DNA of 64,000 nucleotides, taken from assembly GCA_040755995.1 (NCBI GenBank), contig JBFMAF010000003.1, forward strand, positions 1 through 64,000. Reading direction: 5' to 3'. Position numbers and translations under genes: made by a program. This document shows positions 51,316 to 60,359 of the stretch, piece after piece. Each line of letters begins with the position of its first letter. The stretch's first letter is position 1. This DNA is from Acidobacteriota bacterium. Its GTDB lineage: Bacteria > Acidobacteriota > CAIWXX01. The notes below the pieces were generated by a model. That model worked only from the letters and a program-made list of their open reading frames with translations. It did not search any database and was not told the origin of the DNA.

Positions 51316-52694
51316 CCTCTCCTCCCTCGCAGTCTGCTGCTCTTCATGAAACCGTCGTAGTGCCGCATGATGAGCTGCGACTCAATCTGCTGCATGGTGT
51401 CCATGGCGACGCCGACGACGATCAGCAGCGAGGTGCCTCCGAAGTAGAAGTTGATCCCCATGCCGGTGGTGATGATCTCGGGGAGGTTGCGGTCGAGCCA
51501 GGCCCCGATGAACGGGAGGGGCGCGACCTTGAACCCTGCCATGAGGAATTCCGGGAGAATGGCGATTGCGGCCAGGTATACGGCACCGCCGAAGGTGATC
51601 CTGGTGAGGATCTTGTCGATGTACTCGGCCGTGCGCTTGCCCGGGCGGATGCCTGGGATGAAACCACCGTACTTCTGGAGGTTGTCTGCGACGTCGTTCG
51701 GGTTGAAGATGATTGCAACGTAGAAGTAGCAGAAGAAAATGATGCCGGCCACGTAGAGCAGATTGTAGAGCGGCATGCCCCACTGGAGCTGCTTGGCGAT
51801 TGCAGCGGTGATGGGATGCGTGATCAGCGAGGCGATTGTGGCTGGGAAGACGATGATCGACGAGGCGAAGATGACCGGGATGACGCCGCCGGTATTCACG
51901 CGCAGCGGCAGGTGTGTGGACTGCCCACCCATCATCCGGCGGCCGACGACTCGCTTCGCGTACTGGACCGTGATGCGCCTCTGACCGCGTTCGACGAAGA
52001 CGATTACAGCCACGACGGCCACCATCAAGACCACGAGCGGAATGAGCTGCAGGAGGCTGAAGCGGCCGGTCCGGAGGCTGGTCAGGAGGTCGGCCATGGC
52101 TGACGGCAGCCCGACTACGATCCCGGCGAAGATGATCAAGGAGATTCCGTTTCCGATCCCCCGTTCGGAGATCTGTTCGCCGAGCCACATGATGAAAGCA
52201 GTGCCCGTGGTCATCGTGATGACCGACATCAGCCGGAATCCCCAACCGGGGGTCTGCACGATGGCGGCCCCGCCGGGAGCTGTAAGTTTCTCGAGACCGA
52301 TGGCTATTCCGAGCGACTGGACGATGCTCAGCACTACCGTGCCGTAGCGCGTGTACTGGGTGATTTTCTTCCGGCCGGTCTCGCCTTCTTTCGAGAGCCT
52401 TTCCATATACGGCCACACGACGGTGAGCAGCTGCAGGATGATGGACGCGCTGATGTACGGCATGATGTTCAACGCGAAGATAGTCATCCTGGAGAGGTTC
52501 TTGCCGGAGAAGAGATCGACGAAACCGAAGACCGTGCCCTTGGCGGACTCGAAGAGCGCCTGGAGCGCATCGGCGTTGATCCCGGGTGTCGGGATCTGGG
52601 CGCCGAGCCTGTAGACCGCCAGCAGGGCGAGCGTGAAGAGGACTCTCTTCCTGAGATCGGGAATGCTGAAGATGTTCCGAATAGACGCGATCAC
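51312..52694 (-). CDS. secY: Preprotein translocase SecY
   Basis: IMPYISASII, GIGNGISLIIFAGI, GGTSLLIVVGV. Confidence 0.98.
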   Translation of the reverse strand: MIASIRNIFSIPDLRKRVLFTLALLAVYRLGAQIPTPGINADALQALFESAKGTVFGFVDLFSGKNLSRMTIFALNIMPYISASIILQLLTVVWPYMERLSKEGETGRKKITQYTRYGTVVLSIVQSLGIAIGLEKLTAPGGAAIVQTPGWGFRLMSVITMTTGTAFIMWLGEQISERGIGNGISLIIFAGIVVGLPSAMADLLTSLRTGRFSLLQLIPLVVLMVAVVAVIVFVERGQRRITVQYAKRVVGRRMMGGQSTHLPLRVNTGGVIPVIFASSIIVFPATIASLITHPITAAIAKQLQWGMPLYNLLYVAGIIFFCYFYVAIIFNPNDVADNLQKYGGFIPGIRPGKRTAEYIDKILTRITFGGAVYLAAIAILPEFLMAGFKVAPLPFIGAWLDRNLPEIITTGMGINFYFGGTSLLIVVGVAMDTMQQIESQLIMRHYDGFMKSSRLRGRRG

Positions 52695-53131
52695 GCTGTG
52701 ATCACCTCCCAGCTCCCCCCAGCCGCCTTGATCTTTTCGATCGCCGCGTGGGAGAACTTGTGGGCGCGGACCTTGACGGCCCGTGTCAGCTCGCCGTCAC
52801 CGAGCACCTTCACTCGAGCGCCTGGACGAACCATCTTCTGAGCCGCCAGCTCGACCGGCCCGATCTCTACGCGGTCCGTCTTCTCCAGGGCGCCGACATT
52901 GACGATTTCGTAAGGAGTCCTGAACACGTTGGTGAATCCACGCTTCGGCACCCGCCTGTGCAACGGCATCTGGCCGCCCTCGAAGCCGCGTTTCTGCGAT
53001 GTCCCCGAGCGGCTCCACTGGCCCTTGTTCCCGCGGCCCGCCGTCTTGCCGTTGCCGCTGCCTGGACCGCGCCCTCGACGCTTGGACGTCTTGGTCGACC
53101 CCGACGCTTTCCTCAGTTGGGAGAGATTCAT
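52691..53131 (-). CDS. rplO: 50S ribosomal protein L15
   Basis: GRGPGSGNGKTAGRG, FEGGQMPL, PKRGF. Confidence 0.97.
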   Translation of the reverse strand: MNLSQLRKASGSTKTSKRRGRGPGSGNGKTAGRGNKGQWSRSGTSQKRGFEGGQMPLHRRVPKRGFTNVFRTPYEIVNVGALEKTDRVEIGPVELAAQKMVRPGARVKVLGDGELTRAVKVRAHKFSHAAIEKIKAAGGSWEVITA

Positions 53132-53143
53132 GATCGGTCTCCT

Positions 53144-53347
53144 CTACTCGCCCGTGCCAATCACCTTGACCAGATGCGGGACCTTGTTGATCATCCCGCG
53201 GATCGAAGGGGTGTCCTTCAGACTGACCGTCTGATTCAGCTTGAGCAATCCCAAACCCCTCAGAATCTCCTTCTGATCCTTGCAGAATCCGATCCCGCTC
53301 TTGACCAGTTTCACCACAACCCTCTTGGCTTCACCCTGTTCCGCCAC
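53144..53347 (-). CDS. rpmD: 50S ribosomal protein L30
   Basis: LVKSGIG, LGL, DTPSIRGMINKVPHLV; GTG start after AAGGAG. Confidence 0.93.
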   Translation of the reverse strand: MAEQGEAKRVVVKLVKSGIGFCKDQKEILRGLGLLKLNQTVSLKDTPSIRGMINKVPHLVKVIGTGE

Positions 53348-53402
53348 GACGAACGCTCCTTGGTCCATCCGCAGACAAGCCGCGGAAAATCGTCATCATA
53401 TC

Positions 53403-53453
53403 AAAAAAACCCTTGGGAGACAACGGAAAGAACCCGTCGGTTCGCCCAGGGCT
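53403..53453 (-). terminator. Candidate intrinsic terminator between rpsE and rpmD
   Basis: Interrupted hairpin CCCTGGG..GACGGG/TCCGTT..CCCAAGGG followed by T7. Confidence 0.45.
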
Positions 53454-53466
53454 CGTCCCTAACCTG

Positions 53467-54027
53467 CTACGAGGATGCAACCGGCGCAGGCACCTCGGGA
53501 GGCGGTGCAGGCGCAACCTCGGGTTGCGCGACCGGCACCTCTTTGCCCCGTCTCTGCAACACTTCGACTGTGGTCTTGAGCCTCTTCAGCGCGTCGAATG
53601 TAGCCCTCATCACGTTGTGAGGGTTGGTGGTGCGGATGGATTTTGTCAAAACGTCCCGCACCCCCGCTGCCTGCAAGATTGAACGTACCGGCCCGCCCGC
53701 GATCACTCCGGTGCCCGGAGCCGCCGGCTTGAGGAGAACGCGGCCGGAACCATACTGGCCGATGACGGCATGCGGGATTGTCGAGCCCACCAGTGAGACG
53801 TGGATCAGGTGGTTTCGGGCCCGTTCGATCGCCTTCTTGATCGCCAGGGGCACCTCGCGCGCCTTGCCCTTGGAGAAGCCGACGTGCCCCGCGCTGTCTC
53901 CGACCACCACCAGAGCCGAAAAGCTCAGGTTCTTTCCCCCCTTGACCACCTTGGTGACGCGGTTGATCGAAACCACGTAGTCCTTCAACTCAAGCTGGCT
54001 AGGGTCGATCTTCAGTGTCTTGTGCAA
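53467..54027 (-). CDS. rpsE: 30S ribosomal protein S5
   Basis: [22 protein letters not shown] start after AGGAGG. Confidence 0.97.
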   Translation of the reverse strand: MHKTLKIDPSQLELKDYVVSINRVTKVVKGGKNLSFSALVVVGDSAGHVGFSKGKAREVPLAIKKAIERARNHLIHVSLVGSTIPHAVIGQYGSGRVLLKPAAPGTGVIAGGPVRSILQAAGVRDVLTKSIRTTNPHNVMRATFDALKRLKTTVEVLQRRGKEVPVAQPEVAPAPPPEVPAPVASS

Positions 54028-54055
54028 ACGATTTCCTCCTACCGGGTATCCCGCG

Positions 54056-54571
54056 TCAGAAACTCAGACCCGCCTCTCTGGCGCCGTCCGCAAAGGCCCT
54101 CACCCTGCCATGGTACAGGAAACCGCCGCGGTCGAAGACCGCCCGTGTGATACCCTTGGCCTTCATCTGTTCTGCCATGTACTTGCCCAGCTGCCGTGCG
54201 ACCAACACCGCTCGCCCGTTGTGGACCTTGGGCACGCTGTCGTCGACCTTTTCCACCGGCTTCTCGGGCTTGCCCTTTTTCTTCTTGGTTTCAGCGCCGG
54301 CATCCGGCGCCTTCTTCTTCTCCTCGACCTTGGCTTCCACCTTCTCCGGCATCGGAACCGGCTCGATCTTCAGCTGGTCGGCGAATTCCTTCTGTAGAGT
54401 CGACGCTGCGGCCAGCGTCTGCCCATGCAGATCATCGATCGCCTGCGCGTAGAAGTGCTTGCTGCTCCGATACACCGCCAGCCTCGGCCGCTCCGGCGTC
54501 CCCAGAACCTTCTTCCGGATCCGCAGGTGTACGCGGCCTCGCCGGTAACGCCTCAGGATGCTCCTATCCAT
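54056..54571 (-). CDS. rplR: 50S ribosomal protein L18 with ~50-aa insertion
   Basis: [35 protein letters not shown]. Confidence 0.95.
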   Translation of the reverse strand: MDRSILRRYRRGRVHLRIRKKVLGTPERPRLAVYRSSKHFYAQAIDDLHGQTLAAASTLQKEFADQLKIEPVPMPEKVEAKVEEKKKAPDAGAETKKKKGKPEKPVEKVDDSVPKVHNGRAVLVARQLGKYMAEQMKAKGITRAVFDRGGFLYHGRVRAFADGAREAGLSF

Positions 54572-54635
54572 TCTCTACCTCGACATGACTGACACAAACT
54601 TCAACATACTGCCGCCTTTCAAAAAGGCGAGAAGC

Positions 54636-54663
54636 ATTATACGCAAAACCGGCGCAAGTTCAA
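54636..54663 (-). promoter_or_regulatory. sigma70 promoter of rplR
   Basis: TTGAAC-16-TATAAT with upstream A-tracts. Confidence 0.7.
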
Positions 54664-54927
54664 GAGCTTTTTCGGGCTTTTTCGAAGTTGGGTGACATGA
54701 CAGACGTCGACCGCCCCACCACTGTTCGGCCAAGGCGGCCCGCAGACCGTTGCGCCGAGGCGGAGTTGATTGAAGTAGTGCCATGTCCGCGCGGAGCGGG
54801 GAAGATGGTGTCGACGATGGGACGACGGCCGCCCCGGCGGATGCTCCTCCCATCGCGCAGGGAGCGCGGGACTCGGCAACGGCTGGCCGAAGTCCCGCGA
54901 CCCACTGCTACGCGATCTGGAGTAGAG

Positions 54928-56448
54928 CTACTTGCACTTGAGCAGGGGTCTGGTGATCGTCGATGTGGCGCCGTTGCCCGCTTCGTCGGTCGCCGTGAGT
55001 GTCACCTCGACCGACCACTCATGTCCGTTCGGGTAGACGTAGATGTCGTTGCGGATGATGTCGTAGACGCCGTTGCCGTGCACCGGGTTGCCGCCGTTGT
55101 TGAACACCTGCACGTTGTCGATAGACACAGTGCTGGACTGGGTGCAGTTGTCGCTCGCCCCCGCGGTAAGCTTGTTCGCGGTCTTTTTGCCTTTGCCCAC
55201 GGTGACGCAGATCGGATCGGTAAGCGTCGGTGCCGGGACCGTGTTGTCGACCACCCTCACGGTGGCATGGCAGCTGTCGGACTCGCCGTGCTCCTCGGTC
55301 ACGGTCAGTGTCACAGGGTGCTCGCCGAGCGGGAACGGCCCTGTGTCGTCGAGTGACAGCGTGATGTCGTCGCCGTCGGGATCGTAGGAGCCGCCGTCGA
55401 TGTCGCCCGCGGCGATCGTCGCTTCGCAGTTCTCGTCTGCTGAGACCTGCGCGTCCTTGCAGACGGCCACCGGTGGGTTGTTGGGCGGGATCGATAGGGA
55501 CTGCCAGTCAGGCATGGTATCTTCCGCGGAGTTCTTCGTCAGGTTTTCCTGGTCGCTTCCGTCGTGCGCATCCATCTCGTAAATCTCCCCGTTGCCATCC
55601 CGATTGCTGTAAAAGGCGATCTTCGATCCATCCGGGGACCAGGTGGGGAAGCAGTCAATCGCCAGGTTGGCGGTGAGGCGGATGACGTTGCTCCCGTCGG
55701 CCTTGGCTCTGTAGATATCGGGCTTGAACAGCCCTGCATCCCGGTCGCTGGGGAATGCGATCAGGGCGCCGTCGGGCGAATAGGCCGGATCGTCATCGTG
55801 TCCCGGCCCCGTGATGAGGGGAGCCTGCCCGGTGCCGTCACTGGAGTTCATGACATAGATGTCGATCCTTCCTGCAGCCGCGCCCACATCCCTTGGAAAC
55901 GCGATCAGGAGCCCATCGGGAGACCATTCGGGACAGCCTTCTCCGGCTGTGCTGTTGGTCAGATTCCTCGGATGGCTGCCGTCGGAGTCCATCACATAGA
56001 CTTCGCCGTTGCCATCTCGGTACGACAGGAAGGCGATCATGCTACCGTCGGGCGACCAACAGGGGCAGAGGTCCTCCGACACGTGGTTGGTCAAACGGGA
56101 ATGGTCGCTGCCATCGGCGTCCATCAGGTAGATCTCGGCGTTGCCGTCCCGAGTGGAGACGAACGCGATCTTGGAGCAGTCAGGCGACCACGCGGGATAG
56201 CGATCGTAGGCGGAGTTGTAGGTAAGCCGCATCACGCCGCTGCCGTCGGCTTCCATCGCGTAGATCTCGTAGTTGCCGTCGCGATTGGAGGCAAAAGCGA
56301 TCTTACCGCTGCATTCCTGACAAGCAGCTCGGTCGGCGGTGGCGGACATGGCCAACAAGAGCAACACGGCTAGCGCGGAGCGAACCACTGTGGACACGGA
56401 GCCAGCGCGGCGGGCAGGCGGGCTCGACGATTCACCCTTGGCGTTCAT
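54928..56448 (-). CDS. Secreted TolB-like (PD40) beta-propeller with C-terminal Ig-like domains
   Basis: Signal peptide; about six repeats of P.WSPDG.KIAF.S.RDGN.EIY.M; NNPPVA...GSYDPDGD; AGGAGG RBS. Confidence 0.88.
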   Translation of the reverse strand: MNAKGESSSPPARRAGSVSTVVRSALAVLLLLAMSATADRAACQECSGKIAFASNRDGNYEIYAMEADGSGVMRLTYNSAYDRYPAWSPDCSKIAFVSTRDGNAEIYLMDADGSDHSRLTNHVSEDLCPCWSPDGSMIAFLSYRDGNGEVYVMDSDGSHPRNLTNSTAGEGCPEWSPDGLLIAFPRDVGAAAGRIDIYVMNSSDGTGQAPLITGPGHDDDPAYSPDGALIAFPSDRDAGLFKPDIYRAKADGSNVIRLTANLAIDCFPTWSPDGSKIAFYSNRDGNGEIYEMDAHDGSDQENLTKNSAEDTMPDWQSLSIPPNNPPVAVCKDAQVSADENCEATIAAGDIDGGSYDPDGDDITLSLDDTGPFPLGEHPVTLTVTEEHGESDSCHATVRVVDNTVPAPTLTDPICVTVGKGKKTANKLTAGASDNCTQSSTVSIDNVQVFNNGGNPVHGNGVYDIIRNDIYVYPNGHEWSVEVTLTATDEAGNGATSTITRPLLKCK

Positions 56449-56663
56449 CGTACTCCTCCTTCTCTACACGCAGCAGTGTGTGGGTTATGTTTGGGCTTGA
56501 TCCCGCACTGACTGCACATCGCAGCCAGGGAGTCAGCCCCGGTGTGTGCATCACACGGAAGTTGACGATACTGGGTCACCCGGAGGGCATCCCGGACGCA
56601 TTCCTGGGCGCACAACGCACATCGGCGACCACTGGCGAACCGGCAAGCTAGACACGAATGCAT
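56445..56663 (-). CDS. Possible small Cys-rich protein (three CxxC)
   Basis: GAGGGG RBS, ATGA overlap with downstream gene, just downstream of a motif copy. Confidence 0.3.
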   Translation of the reverse strand: MHSCLACRFASGRRCALCAQECVRDALRVTQYRQLPCDAHTGADSLAAMCSQCGIKPKHNPHTAACREGGVR

Positions 56664-56685
56664 CCTGAGCTTCCCCCCTCACTCG

Positions 56686-56716
56686 TATAAGTGTCATGAC
56701 CGGACCGCCGTCTTGG
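56686..56716 (-). promoter_or_regulatory. CCAAGA-N15-GACACT motif, copy 1
   Basis: CCAAGA cggcggtccggtcat GACACTTATA. Confidence 0.75.
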
Positions 56717-56905
56717 GTTTTAGCGAAGAGGAGTGTGACTTGAAAGTAGCAGTCAAGCGCTGTGGAGAAGACGCTGACGGACCGCGCCACACCAGGCACG
56801 GGAGTGCGTGGCCTCAGTAGCTACGTGCGGCGCTAGCGCTGCGAAGACCCGGTCGTTCGGCGGCGGCGACGGATGGTCGCCGTTATTGGACTTCGCGGAG
56901 AAGCA

Positions 56906-57169
56906 TCAATAGCCAACTCGCCGAGGGTCCCAGCCGAAGGCGCGCACCATCAGTTCGGGCTCGACCGATCGCGACGCGAGGCGGAGTGCCAGCTCACGCG
57001 AGTCGGCGTCCGGGTGCCGGCGGCGGATGTCCATAAGAGCGAGCTCCTGGACAGCGCGTGTAAGGGCCCGGACGCGATCGAGCTTCTGCGCAGGCGACAT
57101 CCGGCGGAGGCCCGCCACGAGCATGGCCTCGATCTGGGGGTGGGTATCGTTCGGTGTTCCAGCGGTCAC
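56906..57169 (-). CDS. Small hypothetical protein (antitoxin-like)
   Basis: DTHPQIEA...LRRMSPAQKL...IRRRHPDA...ELALRLA pattern. Confidence 0.6.
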   Translation of the reverse strand: MTAGTPNDTHPQIEAMLVAGLRRMSPAQKLDRVRALTRAVQELALMDIRRRHPDADSRELALRLASRSVEPELMVRAFGWDPRRVGY

Positions 57170-57336
57170 ACGTCTAGTCCACCAGCACAGCCCGCTCTCA
57201 AGTTCCTGCCACACGTACCCGTCGCACAATCCGATCAGGGCCCGGCAATGTCCGCCGGCTCTCCGGTGGGGCCGGCGGCGTGTGAGAGGCGGTACGGCGA
57301 GTAGAGAGGAGATGCCGGAGATACTGGGCAGAGGTT

Positions 57337-58992
57337 TCATTGTGATTGGAGCAGTGCCGAGACATCGCGGACGGTGTCGAGGTAGTGAGTTGTCAGTTCC
57401 CTGAGCCTGTCCACTGTCATCGGCGGCACCATTCCGTCCGGGACGATGGGTAGGAGCGCGTTCACGACCCTGTTGACGTCTTCGGCCTTGACTCCGCGGC
57501 GCAGCCGATCGAGAAGATCCGTCATCGTGTTCCCATTCATCGCTTCCATGAGCGCTTTCTGAAATTGGACGCTGATTCCGCGGAGGTGTTTCTGCTCATC
57601 GTCGGTGAGTCCTGCAAGATCGACAAACGGAATCCGGAGCAGCTCGTTGAGGAGAACCGAAGGATCCTTCGCGTACTCCAGGACCGAGAGGAGGTCCGGT
57701 GTTTCGAGGCCGTGAGCCAGGAGCGACTGGAGCTTGACGATCGCCTGACGTTCGGTCACCTCGGGTACGTCGAGGTAGTAGTAGTCCCTGCCTGAAAGAC
57801 CCAGCCGATGGAGAAGGATCTCCGCGCCTTGGGTGTCACCTGGGTCCACCCCTTCCAGTTGCACGGACGGGACTCTGAAAATCTTCTGTAGGTCATCTTG
57901 CAGAGTGCGGGCGAATGCCTCGAAGGTATCCTCCTGCGTAGCTCCAGCGGGCGCAACCTGCTCTCGAGGGACCAGGCCGATTCTAGCGTTCTGCGTGTAC
58001 TGGCGGTAACTGTAAGTAGTGCTCACGCCCTCAGACTGAAGCCGAGCCCAATTCAGAGGTTCGCTGAGGGCGTTCAGTCGTTGAGCCACACTCCCCCTCT
58101 CCGGGTTGCTGAAGGTCAACAGATACGCCTCGTGGTGCCGAGAGGCCAGGTAGCGCTCGATGACGGCGGAGGGCAGCGAGGCGAAGAGGTCCTGCAGCGC
58201 CGTCCTCAACCACGGCCTGTTGTCCAGCAGCTCCTTCAGCGAAATCGCGAAGCGGCGCGGACTCCGAGGATTGTAGGTTTGCCGCAGCACCAGCGGAAGG
58301 GAGGTAGGCCACTCGCCAGCTTCCAGTTTCTCCCGGATCGCTTGCAGCTCCTTCTCGAAGCCTGGTCCCAACTCGCGCCGACGCTTCTCGACGCGTGCCT
58401 TTGCATTTCGGAGCAGATAGTCAAGCGAAACGAATCCGTCAGTCCCGAGGGTTCCGCGCACGGCCAGGTCCTCGCGAAACTCGAGATACGCGTGGACGAC
58501 AGGCAGCGTTTGGTGATCGGCTGCGGCCTCCTGGCATGCCCTGGCCCGCAACGCCGGCGCGTCTCGCAGGAACGTGGCAATCGACACGAGCGCATAGCTG
58601 CGAGGCTCGGCAACGATTGGGGAGTATCTTGATACCTCCTCGATAGCCAGCCCTTTCAGCAGATCGTACCGCGGGTCGCCTGACAACGAGAGCCAGCGCC
58701 GCGCGCCTTTCAAGAGGAGCATGACCGGCGACCTGCGCTGAGGGTGAAGGCCGTTGCGTTCCAGGAAAGCCAGATACTGCATCGCGAGGCGGTGCGGTGT
58801 CGTCTCACGGCGCCAGTAGGATAGTCCCAAGAGCAGGTAGCCGAAGAGGATCAGCACGGGCTCCTGTTGGAACGGGAGGGCTATGTCAAGGATCCAGGTG
58901 AAGAGAAGCACGCAGCAGGCAACGGTGATAACGACGAACAATGTGGTGAGGATCCTCCGCCTCAGGTTCTCAGCCTTGATTGTCTTTGTCAT
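57337..58992 (-). CDS. Hypothetical protein, 2 N-terminal TM + ~480-aa soluble region
   Basis: GGAGG RBS, 551 aa, 26-nt gap after DUF6765 gene. Confidence 0.75.
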   Translation of the reverse strand: MTKTIKAENLRRRILTTLFVVITVACCVLLFTWILDIALPFQQEPVLILFGYLLLGLSYWRRETTPHRLAMQYLAFLERNGLHPQRRSPVMLLLKGARRWLSLSGDPRYDLLKGLAIEEVSRYSPIVAEPRSYALVSIATFLRDAPALRARACQEAAADHQTLPVVHAYLEFREDLAVRGTLGTDGFVSLDYLLRNAKARVEKRRRELGPGFEKELQAIREKLEAGEWPTSLPLVLRQTYNPRSPRRFAISLKELLDNRPWLRTALQDLFASLPSAVIERYLASRHHEAYLLTFSNPERGSVAQRLNALSEPLNWARLQSEGVSTTYSYRQYTQNARIGLVPREQVAPAGATQEDTFEAFARTLQDDLQKIFRVPSVQLEGVDPGDTQGAEILLHRLGLSGRDYYYLDVPEVTERQAIVKLQSLLAHGLETPDLLSVLEYAKDPSVLLNELLRIPFVDLAGLTDDEQKHLRGISVQFQKALMEAMNGNTMTDLLDRLRRGVKAEDVNRVVNALLPIVPDGMVPPMTVDRLRELTTHYLDTVRDVSALLQSQ

Positions 58993-59018
58993 GACCGAAC
59001 CTCCATTCTCATCTGCCG

Positions 59019-60188
59019 CTAAATCAGGACAATCCCGTTTGAGGGCAGGTACTCTCTGAGGACAAACTCTCTGTACCAGCTCGCGGCCTGGTAGAACCTG
59101 TAGATGGGATGCTGGACGGCGTCCCATGGCTTCGGAAGCGAGCAGAGCTGATCGCGGCTGTCTGACCACGCCTTCAGGTTGTACGGGGGTATCGTCTGCT
59201 CTTGGAAGGTACCCGACTGCTGCGCAGAAAAGGCCGTCTGCCACGCGCGTGAGCGCGTTTCGATGTCGCCTGTCGTGCCTAGAATCTGCGCAACTTGCGC
59301 CGCCTTGAACAGGTGGGAGACTTGCGAGTCTGCAATCCGAGGCGCCGCGTTCGCGAGTTGTACGAACCATACGTAGAGGGCCTCGCATGCCTCCAGGTAG
59401 TCGACAGGGTTGCTGCGTGCCTGTGTCTGGGCACGGGTCCTGTCGGAGTCGTGTGCCTCGTACTGGAAACTCCATTGGAGAAAAGGCACGTCGGGGAGAG
59501 TGGCCACGGCGCTATGGCCCAGGGCGCCCGAAATGTCCTCTGCGAAGAAGGACGCGATCGGGAGAAGCCGGCGCTTCGCCCAGTGCCTGACGCGGTCCCA
59601 GAAACCCTCGGGCGACCTGTTCTCTGTTCTCAGTCTGGGGTAGGCGGGGGCGCGGCGCCTGATGCTCCGTTCCAGTTCGCTCATCACGGCGGCTGGCGCC
59701 TGGCCGGAGGGAGGCCGGCCAAGCGTGATTGACCCGCCCTTCACACGGTTCAGGCTCGTACTGATCCCGGCGAATCCGTGATGGGCGAACGTATCAGCGT
59801 ACATGTGGGCAGCCACCCCCGCGAGCTGGAGAAAGCAGGGCCTCTCGATCTCCTTCAGGCAGGCGGCCAGGACTCCCTGGGCGTTCTTGCTGTTCTTCGT
59901 GCAAACCAGCATGTCACTCAGGTGCGGGCCTTCTCCGCCCGGCATGAAGTGGAAGGGAACCCAGACCTGGAGCTGATCATCCGGATCCGTGTTCGCGTCG
60001 AGATCGAGCAGACTGTGGGCCGTCGTCTCGACTTTGAACCGAGCGCAGTCGTTGCGTATCAGGACGCCTTCCGCCGTCGAGTCGTCCACATACTGCGATA
60101 CCCCGGCGATTGTCTCGGCGGCATCCTGCCTCAGCCCGGCCATCCGAGCCAGACAATAGACGCCATAGTAGTGCATGTCGATCTGCAT
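59019..60188 (-). CDS. DUF6765-like putative metallo-phosphoesterase
   Basis: MQIDMHYYG, SQYVDD, PFHFMPG, HMYADTFAHHGFAG, GHSA...PD. Confidence 0.75.
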   Translation of the reverse strand: MQIDMHYYGVYCLARMAGLRQDAAETIAGVSQYVDDSTAEGVLIRNDCARFKVETTAHSLLDLDANTDPDDQLQVWVPFHFMPGGEGPHLSDMLVCTKNSKNAQGVLAACLKEIERPCFLQLAGVAAHMYADTFAHHGFAGISTSLNRVKGGSITLGRPPSGQAPAAVMSELERSIRRRAPAYPRLRTENRSPEGFWDRVRHWAKRRLLPIASFFAEDISGALGHSAVATLPDVPFLQWSFQYEAHDSDRTRAQTQARSNPVDYLEACEALYVWFVQLANAAPRIADSQVSHLFKAAQVAQILGTTGDIETRSRAWQTAFSAQQSGTFQEQTIPPYNLKAWSDSRDQLCSLPKPWDAVQHPIYRFYQAASWYREFVLREYLPSNGIVLI

Positions 60189-60239
60189 GATTCACCTCGC
60201 TAGCCAGGATGGGAGCATTACACCATCCCCTGCTACATC

Positions 60240-60270
60240 TATAAGTGTCTTAAGCAGGACAGAATCTTGG
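60240..60270 (-). promoter_or_regulatory. CCAAGA-N15-GACACT motif, copy 2
   Basis: CCAAGA ttctgtcctgcttaa GACACTTATA. Confidence 0.75.
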
Positions 60271-60359
60271 CCACCGCCGGGAGGAAGACCCTGGGCTTGA
60301 TGGCCTCCCGGTTGCGGCTGGTGCCGCGCAAGCGCCTGTCCCGCTTCGAGGCGGCCCCG

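Noticed and set aside
55500..56320. Periodic DNA similarity in the TolB-like gene (also flotillin 17340-17620)
   Set aside because: Explained by protein-level PD40 and flotillin repeats.
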